A stretch of 63,766 bases of DNA, counting the filler, from Octopus bimaculoides (Eukaryota), in assembly GCF_001194135.2 (NCBI RefSeq). It is 3 parts of 3 records of this genome, joined end to end, with 100 filler letters (N's around TTAATTAATTAA, not from the genome) between each part and the next. Parts side by side here need not be neighbours in the genome. Positions count along the whole stretch, not along the records: positions 1 to 18,905 come from NC_068996.1; 2 more parts are not named here. One strand, given 5' to 3'. Of the stretch, positions 1 to 12,036 are shown one piece after another. Position numbers and translations under genes: made by a program. Position 1 is the first letter of the stretch; the number at the start of each line of letters is the position of its first letter. The notes under the pieces were generated by a model. The model was not told where the DNA came from. It searched no databases and saw only the letters and a program-made list of their open reading frames with translations.

Positions 1-280
1 TAGAATGAATCTAGTTTTCGTTCATCAGCAGAGTATAGTTAAAAAAAAACATATATAAATAAACAGAATTCTCACCTCATCAAAAACGAACTATACTCTG
101 CTGATGAACGAAGACTAGATTCATTCTAGTAATCGCGAAATCGGTCGATACATAGTTGAGTTATTTAAAAGAAAGTTGGTTTTCTTCTGTTGGTTGTTTT
201 CCTTGCATTCGGTACTAAATGTGTTTATTTGGGAAGTCCAGTGTGTGGCATTATTCTGTAGTAATGCCCCTTATATAAAT
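1..280 (+). mobile_element. Probable Penelope-like element terminal repeat (pLTR) with inverted partial copy
   Basis: 1-40 is the reverse complement of 89-128 (1 mismatch). It contains the hammerhead motif and is followed by an AT-rich tail with AATAAA before (TA)n. Confidence 0.5.
89..157 (+). ncRNA. Type I hammerhead-ribozyme-like motif (Penelope pLTR type)
   Basis: CTGATGA (101-107), helix II CGA/CTAG...CTAG/TCG (109-135), GAAA (137-140), short helix III TCG-GT-CGA, cleavage triplet ATA (148-150), and AACTAT/ATAGTT helix I pairing. The 10.1/11.1 position is A-C, not a canonical pair. Confidence 0.6.
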
Positions 281-645
<365 letters not shown>

Positions 646-654
646 GAGTATGCG

Positions 655-1300
655 CAGCTTTAGCTGTGTTGCCGAATCTCTCCATTGGCATTGTTTGGAG
701 AATAAGTGGCCTGCATCCAAGTGGGTTATGTGCGGATTGGGAGTTACATGCCAGCTTGTCAATCCTGTATTTCATTTCTCCCAATCGTCGCATTATGAGA
801 AGCACTCTTGGAATCTCTCACTTTTGCCAAGTAAAGAGGTGTCACTGCCAGCTTATTCGTCATGTGTAGAGTTCATGATTTTGAGACTACTGCTTCGATA
901 GTGTGGTCAAATACAGTGATTGAAGGATGATCAATTGCCAAAACTGTTGTTCAATGATGGAGAGAGAGCGTTTACAAGGTTAGTCACAGAAACGGTATAA
1001 AGATTACCCGAAAGATATTTTAAAGATATAAATTTCAATGACGCAACATTAAACAGCATCACCTGCAGAGGTCACACGCCAAACAGATGTCGTTGGAGAA
1101 GTATGACTGCCATTGATGTTAAAGAGTTTGAAACAAAGCACAAAACATTTGCCTGGTTGAACCGTATTGTGCGGCATAAGAAAGCTGTATGACCACTTTT
1201 GAGAAAACAGTTCAAATTGGGCTCCGCAATACAAAACTTGTAATCGTGTGCGCCATTGAAAACAGTTAAATTAGCCACGTGCGGCGTCCTGCTATTGATG
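655..1300 (+). mobile_element. Decayed RTE/BovB-like LINE, 3' part of the ORF (post-RT region to C-terminus)
   Basis: Frameshifted peptides RIMRSTLGI, CVEFMILRLLLR, LKDDQLPKLLF, QKRYKD, RCRWRSM...VKEFE match the RTE C-terminal pattern (LRWxGHVxRMxDxRLPK; KRYKD; RxxWR). Confidence 0.7.
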
Positions 1301-1589
1301 GTGTTAAACACCAATAAAATATATTGATTGATACTACATGCGACTTGTTTATAAACAGAGCATACTAGACTGTAAACGAATAATGAATAAATCCAAGTAG
1401 AAATACTACAATGCCTGCCTTGTGGCATAGGATGCGAGTGATTGTCTGAAGGAAAAACTAAACTCAGAGCTCTTAAACAAGAAAACTCCTTTTAAGAATT
1501 GCCACCCGTGTGTAACAAATACTCACACGCAGACACATATTGACTTCCACCATATACTTACTCACGCATAAAATATACATATGTTCATA

Positions 1590-1628
<39 letters not shown>

Positions 1629-2237
1629 NNNNNNNNNNNNNNNNNNNNNNNNNNNNNNNNNNNNNNNNNNNNNNNNNNNNNNNNNNNNNNNNNNNNNNNN
1701 NNNNNNNNNNNNNNNNNNNNNNNNNNNNNNNNNNNNNNNNNNNNNNNNNNNNNNNNNNNNNNNNNNNNNNNNNNNNNNNNNNNNNNNNNNNNNNNNNNNN
1801 NNNNNNNNNNNNNNNNNNNNNNNNNNNNNNNNNNNNNNNNNNNNNNNNNNNNNNNNNNNNNNNNNNNNNNNNNNNNNNNNNNNNNNNNNNNNNNNNNNNN
1901 NNNNNNNNNNNNNNNNNNNNNNNNNNNNNNNNNNNNNNNNNNNNNNNNNNNNNNNNNNNNNNNNNNNNNNNNNNNNNNNNNNNNNNNNNNNNNNNNNNNN
2001 NNNNNNNNNNNNNNNNNNNNNNNNNNNNNNNNNNNNNNNNNNNNNNNNNNNNNNNNNNNNNNNNNNNNNNNNNNNNNNNNNNNNNNNNNNNNNNNNNNNN
2101 NNNNNNNNNNNNNNNNNNNNNNNNNNNNNNNNNNNNNNNNNNNNNNNNNNNNNNNNNNNNNNNNNNNNNNNNNNNNNNNNNNNNNNNNNNNNNNNNNNNN
2201 NNNNNNNNNNNATATATATATATATATATATATATAT

Positions 2238-2401
2238 ACGACGGGCTTCTTTCAGTTTCCGTCTACCAAATCCACTCACAAGGCTTTGGTCGGCCCGAGA
2301 CTATAGTAGAAGACACTTGCCCAAGGTGCCATGCAGGGGGACTGAACCCAGAACCATGTGGTTGGTAAGCAAGCTACTTACCACACAGCCACTCTTGCGC
2401 C
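2238..2401 (-). mobile_element. tRNA-derived CORE-type SINE (OR2-like)
   Basis: Minus strand has A box TGGCTGTGTGG, B box GGTTCAGTCC and core GCACCTTGGGCAAGTGTCTTC. Related copies at 41308, 55745, 32630 and 19170. Confidence 0.8.
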
Positions 2402-2959
2402 TACTATCCAAATATTGTGCTAAAATTTGAGATAGGCCACTTACTCTCAAGTACAACTTAAGTCTTTAATATTTGGTCATTCGTACTATCCAGCATGGTG
2501 AGGGAATTGTATTAGAAAGATGAATGAAGAGTCAGCAGTAACTATATTATGATGGAAAGGTACAGAAAGCTTTGGAGGGATTGGATATTAAATAGAGATA
2601 AAAGAAGAAAATTTGAGATTAAAGCCAAAATTAAATAAAATCCAATAGAGTTTATTTTAAAAACCAAATAAAACTGAAGGCCAAATATAATTTTAAATTA
2701 AACTAAATTAAAAGGATTTTAAAAACATTAAAAATTAAGGATTAAAATTAAAATCAAAGAATTAGGAATTAACAAATTAAAATTTAAGCAAATTAAAATA
2801 TTAAAAGATTTAACAATTTTAAAACTATAAAAAATATACAGAAATAAAAATAAATTAAATAAATAAGTAAATAAAATAAATANNNNNNNNNNATGCATAT
2901 ATACATATAAATACCGTGTTAAATGAAGAAATAGTGACGAGCGACAGTTCTGTAAATAA

Positions 2960-3090
2960 TAATTATTATTATGATAAGCTTTAATCTTGTAAGCGTTCTC
3001 CGTGAATTGACTAAATAGTCTAACATTAGTCTACTATTTACTTTAGTCAACACACGGTGAATGAGAATAAGCTTAAAGCTTATAATCTTT
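2960..3090. repeat. Small imperfect palindromic (MITE-like) element
   Basis: Arm ATAAGCTTTAA...CCGTGAATTGACTAAA pairs with TTTAGTCAACACACGG...AAGCTTATAA. The region 2922-3030 recurs at about 13995-14100. Confidence 0.5.
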
Positions 3091-3290
3091 TTCTTTTTAA
3101 GACGTCGCACATCCAATATCGTGATGTTGACTGGAGATGTGTCTCCGAGGGTTTGTACTGAGTGTCAAGTCACAAGGACCTCAGACAGAAAGTACTTTAC
3201 GCAATATACATGCAGCTCCAAGTAATGCCGACTTGTGCAATACATCTAGATTGTAGGGTATCTCTAAGGTTTTCAGATGTTTTTTTCAGA

Positions 3291-3849
3291 TTGAGTGAGA
3301 GAGCAGTGCATGCCATTAAAGTGACTCTGGGGTACAATATACAAAGCCCATTATACCCATCATGACTACCCGTCTGATAAGGGTACACCAGGCACATGCA
3401 TCACAACCATATGTGCGTGACATGGTGATCTCACATCAAGATAAACAGCGCATGACCTCGCAGGTGGGGCCCAGTTAGAATTTTCTTCAGGTCGAGTAGC
3501 CCATCCTGGTCAAAAGGTCCCTGAATAAGGTTTGTTTAAGGATGTTGAGCAAAATACCAATGTTTCCAAAGGTGAATTATTCAAACCCCAAAGAACTCCT
3601 CTCAACACATGGCTATGATGCTCCCCCACTACTTCTGCTCATGATCAGAGATGCACATATCGTCAGCCACCAAGGGACATGCTTAACTGGTAAAGATCGA
3701 ACAACTGACAAGCGAATTTGTAGTACTGAGCAGAATATTTGCTGTAGCCCATTTTTTATACCAAGACAAAACAATGTACATGATAACAATTCCAATCAGT
3801 TAAGATGAGAAGCCACGAGAGCCACTCTCCGGTACTGCATCAGGGCATT
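3291..3849 (-). mobile_element. ~560-bp SINE-like interspersed repeat (family normally (TAA)n-tailed), copy 1
   Basis: Highly similar to 5266-5833 and 3958-4126. Non-coding; the sister copies end in (TAA)n on the minus strand. Confidence 0.8.
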
Positions 3850-3894
3850 TTATTATTATTATTATTATTTAGTATTATTATTATTATTATTTTG

Positions 3895-3960
<66 letters not shown>
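3850..3960. repeat. (ATT)n microsatellite / retroposon tail
   Basis: Seen directly; abuts the 3' end of the repeat copy at 3958-4126. Confidence 0.95.
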
Positions 3961-4126
3961 GAGTGAGAGAGCAGTGCATGCCATCAAAGTGACACTGGGG
4001 TAAAATATACGAAGCGCATTATACCCATCATGACTACCCGTCTGATAAGGGTACACCAGGCACATGCATTACAACCATATGTACGCGACATGGTGATCCC
4101 ATATTAAGATAAACAGCGCATGACCT
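3958..4126 (-). mobile_element. 3' 170 bp of the same SINE-like repeat, fused to an R4/Dong RT fragment
   Basis: Matches the first 170 bp of 3291-3849, then switches abruptly to RT-coding sequence at 4127. Confidence 0.8.
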
Positions 4127-5054
4127 AAGTGCCATTGTTATGGGTATTAATGCAACTACAAAAAGTAACGGAGAAAACGAGTCACCTTGGAAGATTCCCC
4201 TTTTAATATTAACTTCTCCAAGGAATACATTACTTGAGTACAATTTGGTTTTCCACCCTTTCATGCTATGCATCAGAAAATTTGTGATGTTGTCAGCAAC
4301 ACCAAACATCTGCAGACATTCAACGATCCAAGAATGAGGCATCATATCATATGCCTTCTCAAAGTCAATCCAAGCCATAGACATGATTGTATGATGTTTT
4401 TTACAATGCCTCAAAACTGTTTAATCGATGACCAGGTGATCCTTGGCACCCTGAGAACTCCTCCAACATCTTTTTTGTTCCCTTGGTAGTATTTCTTCCT
4501 CTACCAGGAAGGTATATGTCTTTGCCGCACGTATTCCAGTGACTATCTTCCAGATTATGTTTAGGCATGTTATGGGACGGTAGTTTCCCACAATATTCCC
4601 CTTTCTTCTATCATTATAAATGTTGTCCTCCCAGTCACCTTTCACGTGGGGACTGTACCTTTCTGGACACACTCGTTCAATTGGGCTGCTAGTATTTCAT
4701 GCACCGCGTGGCATCTCTTCATCCAGAAGCCATCAATCCCATCTGGTCCGGGGGCTTTCCAGTGAGGCATTTTACCCACTTGTTCTTTCACATCACCCGT
4801 GCTTATGACAATATCCCTTTCTTTCTTTCCTCCTTGTAATTCTGTCTTGACAATTCCAATCCACATTGCATCCTTTTTATATACCACATTGTTTTCCCAT
4901 AATCCTCTCCAGAACTCCTTGGCTTGACTTGCATCAGGAGCAACATTTTCCCCATTGTCTCCGTCTAACGTTCGGAAGAATTGCTTCGGGTTATTTTTGA
5001 ACAATTTGTTTTCTTCGAACTGCTTATTTCTGTTCATAAATCTTCTGTTCACAA
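4127..5054 (-). mobile_element. R4/Dong-clade non-LTR retrotransposon RT fragment (frameshifted)
   Basis: Peptides LFKNNPKQFF...FWRGLW...HWKAPGPDGIDGFW, GNYRPITCLNIIWK, EQKRCWRSSQGAKDHLVID, AWIDFEKAYDMMPHSW, RGIFQGDSFSPLLF (RT motifs 0-4, R4-type). Confidence 0.88.
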
Positions 5055-5068
5055 ATTATTATTATTAC

Positions 5069-5129
<61 letters not shown>

Positions 5130-5183
5130 GTTGTTGTTGTTGTTGTTGTTGTTGTTATTGTTGTTATTATTATTATTATTATA

Positions 5184-5257
<74 letters not shown>

Positions 5258-5266
5258 CATTATTAT
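5055..5266. repeat. (ATT)n/(GTT)n microsatellite
   Basis: Seen directly; forms the tail of repeat copy 3. Confidence 0.95.
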
Positions 5267-5833
5267 TGAGTGAGAGGGCAGAGTATACCATCTAAGTGAC
5301 ACTGGGGTAAAATATACAAAGCCCATTATACCCATCATGACTACCTGTCTGATAAGGGTACACCAGGCACATGCATCACAACCATATGTGTGCGATATGG
5401 AGATCTCATATCAAGATAAACAGCGCATGACCTCGCAGGTGGGGCCCAGTTACAATTTTCGTCAGGTCGAGTAGCCCATTCCGCTCAAAAGGTCCCTGAA
5501 TAAGGGTTGTTTAATGATGTATCCAGAGGTGAATTATTCAAATTCCAAAGAATTCCTCTCAACACATGGCTATGATGCTCCCCCACTACTTCTGCTCATG
5601 ATCAGAGATGCACATATCGTCAGCCACCAAGGGACATGCTCAATTGGTTAAGGTCAAACAACTGACAAGCAAATCTGTTGTATTCAGCAGAATATTTGCT
5701 GTAGACCATCTTTTATACCAAGTAAAACAATGTACATGATAACACTTCCAATCAGTTAAGATCAGAAGCCATGGGAGCCACTGCCTGGTACTGCATCAAG
5801 GTATAGCCACGCCTGGTCCTGCATCAGGGCATT
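5266..5833 (-). mobile_element. ~560-bp (TAA)n-tailed SINE-like repeat, copy 3
   Basis: Highly similar to 3291-3849, with a small internal deletion and a duplicated 5' CCTGGT(A/C)CTGCATCA motif. Confidence 0.8.
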
Positions 5834-5875
5834 CATCTTCATCATCATCATCATTATCATCATCGTTATTATTAA

Positions 5876-6098
5876 GGCGGCGAACTGGCAGGAACGTTAG
5901 CACGCTTGGTGAAGTGCTTAGCGGTATTTCGTCTGTCTTTACGTTCTGAATTCAAATTACGCCGAGATCGATTTTGCCTTTCATTCTTTCAGGGTCGATG
6001 AAATAAGTACCAGTTGAGTACTGGGGTCGATGTAATGGACTTACCCTCTCCCCTTAAATTGCAAGCCTTTTGCCTAGAGTATAAAGGATTATTATTAT
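5876..6098 (+). mobile_element. tRNA-derived SINE with Meta-like central domain, (TTA)n tail
   Basis: Head GGCGGCGAACTGGCAG, B box GAATTCAAATT, and GCCTTTCATTCTTTCAGGGTCGATGAAATAAGTACCAG resembling the MetaSINE domain. At least 6 further copies in the window. Confidence 0.8.
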
Positions 6099-6159
6099 CG
6101 TTGTTGTTGTTGTTATTCACATTGGCCCCCATTTTTTAGTTTTGCCATTAATGTTTACT

Positions 6160-6943
6160 GTCTTCTCGTCATTTTCCGTGTCTGTATTTCCAGGATTACT
6201 TGCACCGTCTCCACCTTCGTTCCTACCATGTTTACCCACAACTTCCCATTGCTGTCTCCAGTCCACTCGTTACCATTCGCCTTATTACTTCTATTGTGTT
6301 CCATATTTTTATCTTCATCAGTAACCTTCTAGTATTCTTATTTCCTGTGACTCTTACAACAATTATCCTTATAATGATTATGGTCTTTTTCCCCATTCTT
6401 TTTCATAGAACTTCTCCTATAATCGATGCAGTTGTGAGTGTTATTACGAATGCTGTAATCCTTGCTTATAATGTTATTATTCCTAGTATTCCTTTCGCCT
6501 CCCCTATCATTTCCAGTATCACCATTTCCTTAGTCATAGTCTCTTCCCCACCCCCTACCACCACCATTATTACATTTACTATTAGCAGCGTGACTGATAC
6601 ATTTCTTGCTACTACTGTCATTCCTTACGCACGTCTGGTTTCTCCTAGTATCAATATAAGTTATATATTTCTTCCGATGTTTGTTTTTACGTATTCTGTT
6701 CTTGTCTACGGCAGTTGCGTTTATAGTCTTTAATTCCTTTAATCTACGAGTGTTGTGGAACGCTATTATTTGTGCAGTATTGAGGTTCTTTGCGGTGGAG
6801 TAAGCGAACCTCACGCAAGAAGCTCCCACATCTGCTCGACGGAGGGAATCTATGGTTCCGTTTTCTCTTCCCCTACCCACTATTGTGTTGTTTTCGTTTA
6901 TTCTCATCTTCATTGTTTTTATGACAACTCTCAATTCCGTCAA
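6160..6943 (-). pseudogene. Decayed reading frame of unknown origin (N/K/D/G-rich)
   Basis: One frame runs about 260 codons with only 3 internal stops (the 137-aa ORF continues in frame), while at least one other frame is stop-rich. No recognisable domain. Confidence 0.35.
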
Positions 6944-9609
6944 TGTCCTTACATTTACTATCTATTTCAAGTATCTCCATGTTCTTATTATATCTATCGT
7001 TCATTTTTTTTTTTTGGGGGGGGGGTATTTGTGTTTATCTTCAGGTGGATCTGAGATCCTAGTCATCAGATTTTTCCTGCTGTTGAGTTCAATTAACATA
7101 TTCGAGTTGCTATTTATAAGAAGCGTCCCTTCGATGACCCTCTCATAAGATTAATTTTTATATTTAATTTCTTATGGTATCCGTTCCTCCTACAGCTTGA
7201 AATCCTTCCCCCGTTACTCACTGGTTCAAACTTGAGTTAAGTTTTGCAGATGATGTGATGTCATTACCCATACATGAATCGCCATAAGGGATATATAGGA
7301 TGTGTGTGTGTATATGTGTGTATGTATGTGTATGTGTATGTGTGTACATATATACATACAGACAGACATACACACATACGTAGAGACACATATACATATA
7401 TAGATATATACATACATAAATATACATATACACATACAAACAAATATATATACAGAGAGTGAGGCAGATAATCCCGATTGGGCTTGATGTATAAATATAC
7501 GTACATATACACATGTAGATATATATGTAGGGATATATATAGAAAGAAACAGAAACTGGAAATATTCAGAAAATGGACCCTGAAGTATAGAGTTATTTTT
7601 ATATTTAGAGAGCAGATTTACATAGAGAACAAAAAATACAGAAAACTAAGGGGAGAAGGCATGGTATTTTAAGTCCGACAGCTGTTTCTGGGGGTTGAAG
7701 TTATTTAATTGTTGTAATGTTTATAAATGGCAGTAGGTAAGCCTGCAAGGCAAAAACATTATTTGTCAAAGGAACGGATGAAGCGATTACAGAGTGTACG
7801 ACAATCTAACAACAGGTCGGTGGATTATAAGTTGAAGGCTGATATTCAACACACCATAATAACACTGTGAATTAGTTATCCTTTATCTCTCGTTAAAATT
7901 TCTAGAAGTTTACTTCGATATAAACCCACAAGGATACTGTTTGGGGAATTCGTGGTTAAAGTTTCTCCAAATTTTATTACTGTAATTGCGGAAAGAAATT
8001 TACTTGTTTTCAAATAATTTTGCCTTTTTTTCAAAATATATGCACATTCATGCGAATTACCGTTGTTAAAATGCCTCAAAGACCACTTATGCATATCATG
8101 TTTATGTACGTACTATTTAAGATTTTCTTCATAGATTATGTGGTTAAGTTCTTCAATTGAAGTAATTCAATGTTATCATGCGAACCTTGTATGCACTTCT
8201 TATCCGTTTGTGCGCAAGCGCACAGCTTGGAGTGTTCATTGGTCGTAGTACACTATGCAACGTTTTTCTGTAATCGGTTTCTTCAAAAAAAGAAATGTAC
8301 GGCTGATTCCATACACGCTTGCTCATCCGTGTTGATGACGTATGAGTTCAGTAAGTGTTCTGTCATCATTTCGCAAAATACAAGTAATTTTTTCCCTCTG
8401 AAATGTTGAATATATAATTCTTAAATGAAAATATTATTGACAGTGACTTCAAAGTTTTGGCCAGGTAAGCCATCGTCGGACTGCGATACATTGAATTTAA
8501 TCTTAGCTTTATTTCGTCTCTGTTGAGTTAAAATCATCATTGGGTGTGTAAGTTTGGTAATTAGGTTTAGCGTGGTTTGTTATGGAGAGATGTTTTGAGA
8601 AATTTTTATCGATCAAATATGGCGTTATGTTATTGTTTAGAATTTATTCATGTGAGTAAGTTTGTATATTTAGGTATGCCCATAAACTCTACCTTTGTAT
8701 AACACAAGTGTTAACATTTTTACATACTAATTAAATTGCTTATAGAATAAGTACCATCGAGACAGAAACATACAAACAAACTTTACACCTATCCAAATCC
8801 CTTTGTGACCATCGAAACACAGGATAAACAAATTCCTATACAAACACCATGACATGCCTGACTAACAACCCTTCTCTTCCAAATAAAAACAGGAAATACC
8901 TTAAATAACAAAAAACAAGTAAAGAAACTGACCAGCTAAAACATACCACCTACATATATTATTTTGTGAAACTCCCTGAAAGTTCCATTACAACAAGTTG
9001 ACACATGCAATTATTGAGTTTTTTTTTAAATATGCACCTTTGTACCTTTGTCTTTTGCATTGCCAAAGCAAAATATTAAATCTAATAACACCAAAATATA
9101 ACTAAAACTACTGACATACCCTCTTCCTACCTTACAAAAGAGACACACCCAAATGTACAGACTTCGAAATATGTTCCTCATTCAACCAACAGATGGTAAC
9201 AGAATTTACCAAAAGCATTGTAGTTTTTGTTATGTAGTTGAGACATCATGAAAGAGGCACTTGAGCTTACCCAGTTGCGCAGATATGTGAGTTTCTTTAC
9301 ATATTTTAGGACTTTGCCATCAGTGATGATGATGATGATGATGCAGGTTGTAGGGAGCTGATGAACTGATGGTTGTTGTTTTATACCTTTAATTATATAT
9401 ACGTGTTTGTTTGTGTATTTGTGTGTGAGTGTGTGTGTGTGTTTGTTTGTGTGTGTGTGTCATTGTGTTTGTGTTTATCCACTGTCATCACCTCTCGACA
9501 GGCGGTGTTGAATTGTTGAAGTGCAAGGGCAATTGGATGCTTAACTACATCAGATCGTCAAGTGAACACTTTCTTGCATTATGTTACAGAAAACTAATGG
9601 TTAATTCTT

Positions 9610-10120
9610 TGTATGTATGTATGTATGTATGTATGTATGTATGTATGTATGTATGTATGCGTGTGTGCACGTATGCATATGCATGTATGTATGTATGTAT
9701 GTGCGTATGTATATATGTGTGTGTATGTGTGTATGTGTATATGTATGTATATGTGTATGTATGCATATATATGTATGTATGTATGTGTGTATGTATATAT
9801 GTGTGTATGTATATATGTGCGTGTATGTGTGTATGTATGTATATATGTATGTATGCATATATATGTATGTATGCATATATATGTATGTATGCATATATGT
9901 ATGTATGAGTGTATGTATATATGTGTGTGTATGTGTGTATGCATATATATGTATGTATGCATGTATGTATGTGTGTATGTATATATGTGTGTGTATGTAT
10001 GTGTATATGTGTGTATATATGCATGTATGTAAGTTTGTGTATGTGTGTGTACGTATGTATATATGTATGTGTGTTTATGTGTGCGTGCGTGTGCGTGCGT
10101 GCATGTGTGTATGTATGGTT
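9610..10120. repeat. Compound (TATG)n/(TG)n microsatellite
   Basis: Seen directly; the source of the MYVC/HTYI ORFs. Confidence 0.95.
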
Positions 10121-11175
10121 TCTCATATTGAGCTACTTCAGGTGCCCTCTCACTTTCTTTTAATCTTTTGTTATCTACTGATGGTAGAACGGACACGATC
10201 ACGATGCTACAGTTGACTTCAGTTAATCTATGTTGGCCAATAAACATTTTACGTCAAAACGTTTATAAAAAATACCAGCAAAGAAGTAGTAAAAAACAAC
10301 AAACCTCTTGAGGGAAATAACAAACACTTTTGTCAGAAATGCGGCCCATAAAAACTACAAAGATAGTGCCAAAGAAATAATGAACTATACTACTGTACGG
10401 AATGAATTATAGACGATATATTTTATTTTATGTTATAGTAGAGATAAGAAGTTACTTTCTTTCGTTTTGCTTGTTTCTTTTTTTTTTTCTTTTATGTTCT
10501 TCTTAATACAATAAATTAGTAATTCGAAACCGTTTCATATTTCCTTCATTGGAATCAGAGTAAAGTGGAAAAGTTTCCAGAGAATGAATGAGCTTTTATA
10601 GGGGAAAGGGAAAACAGCTTTGGTCGCAGGTAATTATGAAAGTACTCTTGCCTTATAGAAAGTCATTTTGTTCCTGTCAATAATGCATGCTGATCGGTCA
10701 AGTTCATTTCACAAGTTATTGACAGATTTTTTGAGACGGAAAGACTGGGGCCTGCCTACAAGTCAATTGTTGTTTGTCAAGAGGAGAAATAATTTTATAG
10801 AAGAGATAGCAACAGATGACATGTATGTAGACAAAATCATTATCATAATAAGTCAAATAAGAAGTTTAAAGACGCCTTTGATAGGTAATAGAAAATGAAC
10901 AATGTCATATCGTTTTGTGCCATCAAAATTCTAATTCAATTTATAGATTTATCCACTTAAATATCACAATAACTGTCTTTCTGTACTTCACCATTCATTT
11001 CCCCTCTTACATTCATCCCTTCATTGTGCGGCAGTCTTTAAATATTCACTTATATAGATAACACACGGACTTTTCAGAAAGCTTTCAAAAGGCGAAAAAA
11101 CGCTTCTTGACATACGTAGATTTTTCTAAACTAGTAAATATTGTATAGAACTGTGTTATATTAGGACAAAAAGAA

Positions 11176-11222
<47 letters not shown>

Positions 11223-11956
11223 TTTGATATAAGTTTTCTGTTTAAAAATACACCACCCTCACCCACTCCAAAAACTTAAAATAAAACTTCATTGCTTGAT
11301 ATGGTGATATAATTATTTTATTTTAATTATTTTATTTTCGTTGTCAACGTCGCCATCATCATCATCATCATCGTCATCATCATCATCATCATCACCATCA
11401 ACAGCAGCCGCAGTAACAGCAGCAGCAATAGCAGCGACCGAAATAGCAGCAGCTGACGAACGAAAAATATCTGTTCTCGTTCGAACTGCTAGAAATAGCA
11501 ATCGCCTCTAAAATCATATCCTACTATCTTACCTAAAAGGAAGAGTAAGACATACTGGATGGTGCAGTCCTCTCACCAGAATAAAAAAAATAAATAAAGG
11601 CTCCTGGAATGTCTTTGTTTAATAAATCTGTTTGATTAGAACCGAACTAAGAATAAACAACAGCAATTACATCATCTTCTTTTCGTCGTTTTCGTTCCCA
11701 TCGCCATCGTCGTCGCCATCATCGTAATCGTTGCTATCGTCGACATCATCGTCATGGTCATTGTGGGACAAGACTGTAAGACGATTTGAACCCAGTGCTA
11801 CGAACATTAAAAACTTCAAGCCATTAAAGGAAGCGCTTTCTGTGACCGTTGGACTTGCTAGAAATGACAACTTTGTTTCCCTCAGATCACACAGCTTAGA
11901 TTTTAAATAAGAAAAGGGCATTGGAAAATTTAATCCTGAATATGCATGCATGAGTA

Positions 11957-12036
<80 letters not shown>

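Noticed and set aside
2590-2882. Extremely A-rich tract as a possible organellar insertion or satellite
   Set aside because: No recognisable gene or period; low-complexity sequence next to a gap.
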